A DNA stretch of 64,000 nt from Ginglymostoma cirratum (taxonomy: Eukaryota), in the NCBI GenBank assembly GCA_024137785.1, contig JAHRHZ010000012.1, forward strand, positions 69,347,286-69,411,285, in the 5' to 3' direction. Every line of letters starts with the position of its first letter. Position 1 is the first letter of the stretch. The translations under genes and the position numbers were made by a program. This document shows, one piece after another, positions 62,432 through 64,000 of the stretch. The notes beneath the pieces were generated by a model. That model saw only the letters and a program-made list of their open reading frames with translations. It was not told the DNA's origin and did no database searches.

Positions 62432-63417
62432 GACATAAACAGAAGTTTCTGGAAAAGCTCAGTAGGTCTGGCAGCATCTGTGAAGAAAAAATCAGAGTTA
62501 ACATATTGGGCCTGGTGACCTTCCTTCAGGACTGATGCAGCTGGGAAAACGGCAGTTTATTTGGCAGAAAATCAGGAGGGGGATAGGGTAAGGAGTAAAT
62601 GATAGGATAAAGGATAGAGCCCGAAGAGAGAGAAGAGCAGTTGGACAGACAAAGGAGTTGATAACAATTCAGCTGGGAGGGTGAATAGTTGTTAATAGGG
62701 ACAGTTAGTGACTAAGAATAGGGAGTGTGTAATGGCAGGCTATGTGGTAACAAGGCCTGGTTAGTGGGATAGGGGTCCCCAAGCGAAAAATGAGGTGTTG
62801 TTCTTCCAGCTTGCTCTGAGCTTCACTGGAACACTGCAGCAGGCCAGAGACAGAGATGTTGGCCAGGGAACAGGGTGGTGTGTTAAAGTGGCAGGCAACT
62901 CGAAGCTCGTGGTCTTTCTTGCAAGCAGAACATAGATGTTCTACGAAGCTGTTCCAGTCAATGCTTCGTTTCCCATTGTAGAGGAGACCACACTGTGAGC
63001 AGTGAATGCAGTAGACTAGATTCTGGGAAGTGCAGGTGAAGTGTTGCTTCACCTGGAAGGTATGTTTGGGCCCTTGGATAGTGGGGAGGGAGGAGATAAA
63101 TGGGCAGGTGGTGCACCTTTGCCGGTTACAGGGGAAGATGCCATGGGGCTGTGGGGGGGTTGTTGGGAGTGAAGGAAGAATGGACCAGAGTGTCCCAGAG
63201 GGAACGGTCCCTGCAGAAGACAGACAAGGCGGTGGAGGGGTGGGGGAGATATGTGTCCGGTGGTGGCATCTCGCTGGAAATGGCGGAAATGGTGTCTGAT
63301 GATCTTCTGAATGTGGAAGAGGTTTTCTTCACAGATGCTGCCAGACCTGCTGAGCTTTTCCAGCAACTTCTGTTTATGTTCCTGATATACTGCATCCGCA
63401 GTTCTTTCGGTTTTCAT
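62432..63417 (-). mobile_element. Penelope 3' fragment (family A): GIY-YIG domain, pLTR and inverted pLTR arm
   Basis: ORF 62705..63052 FTCTSQNLVYCIHCSQCGLLYNG..KLEEQHLIFRLGT; inverted arm 63322-63415; TSD ttagtg(c/t)tgcaaagg at 62417-62431 and 63418-63432. Confidence 0.92.
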
Positions 63418-63589
63418 TTAGTGTTGCAAAGGAGGAAACGGGAAGGAGGAATTGAAATCAGAAACTACAGCCTGATGTGACAGATCAGGATGATGTCTCC
63501 TCCACATTAAGAAGCTTAAACCACAGTCTTGGAGAAACCTAGATTAAGCACCAGTAGCATAGTTTGAATTATATGATGTAGATATATCC

Positions 63590-63700
63590 TAATCAACCTA
63601 TTCAGGGTTGTTATTGCACACCTCTAGAGCAAATAGTACTTGAGCACTGACCTTCTAGTCCAGACACAGGGACACTACCATTGCACCACAAGAGAACCCA
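63590..63700 (-). mobile_element. Short tRNA-derived SINE (18985 family)
   Basis: Reverse complement ttctcttgtggtgcaatggtagtgtccctg..tcaagtac. Confidence 0.6.
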
Positions 63701-64000
63701 TATGAAAGGAACTGTAATAGAGTCAGGGCTCCAATACAAGGTTGCAGTTTTACTGAATACTAGTATATGACAAGCCTCCAATGTAACCCCATCTGAGTCA
63801 TATTCAAAGAGTCAGGTCAACCTGCCCATCTGCTAAAGAAAACCATAATCTGCGAGCAAAATTTTATAGGGGTTTGAGCAGCATGGGCTATGATGAGATT
63901 TGGGGCAGAATCAAATGACAGGTCTGCTGAGGTCCATCTTGACATTGAGAGTATCTTGCTCCATTGTTTTTGCGTCACACAAGTGATGTGAGGAGCTTTG

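Overview
Repeat-dense vertebrate genomic DNA, almost certainly from a shark: HE1 V-SINEs, HER1/CR1 LINEs, a Deu-domain SINE and shark-type Penelope families are all present. I found no convincing host protein-coding exon, so the window looks intronic or intergenic. It has one 400-N gap. Most of the sequence is decayed CR1, L2 and Rex1/Babar LINEs, SINEs, solo LTRs and Harbinger remnants. The main feature is a Penelope-like element (PLE) plus hammerhead ribozyme (HHR) system. A near-full-length RT + GIY-YIG Penelope element (13962-17558) has tandem and inverted pseudo-LTRs (pLTRs) and a target-site duplication (TSD). It carries three type I minimal hammerheads, one fully intact, and the ORF stop codon is the UGA of the ribozyme's CUGA core. 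Roughly 20 short PLE-derived pieces from about five families also occur, many with hammerhead motifs and several as head-to-head hairpins flanked by 10-15 bp TSDs. PLE hammerheads are known in general; the details here were read by eye and no database search was run. Boundaries of old repeats are approximate.
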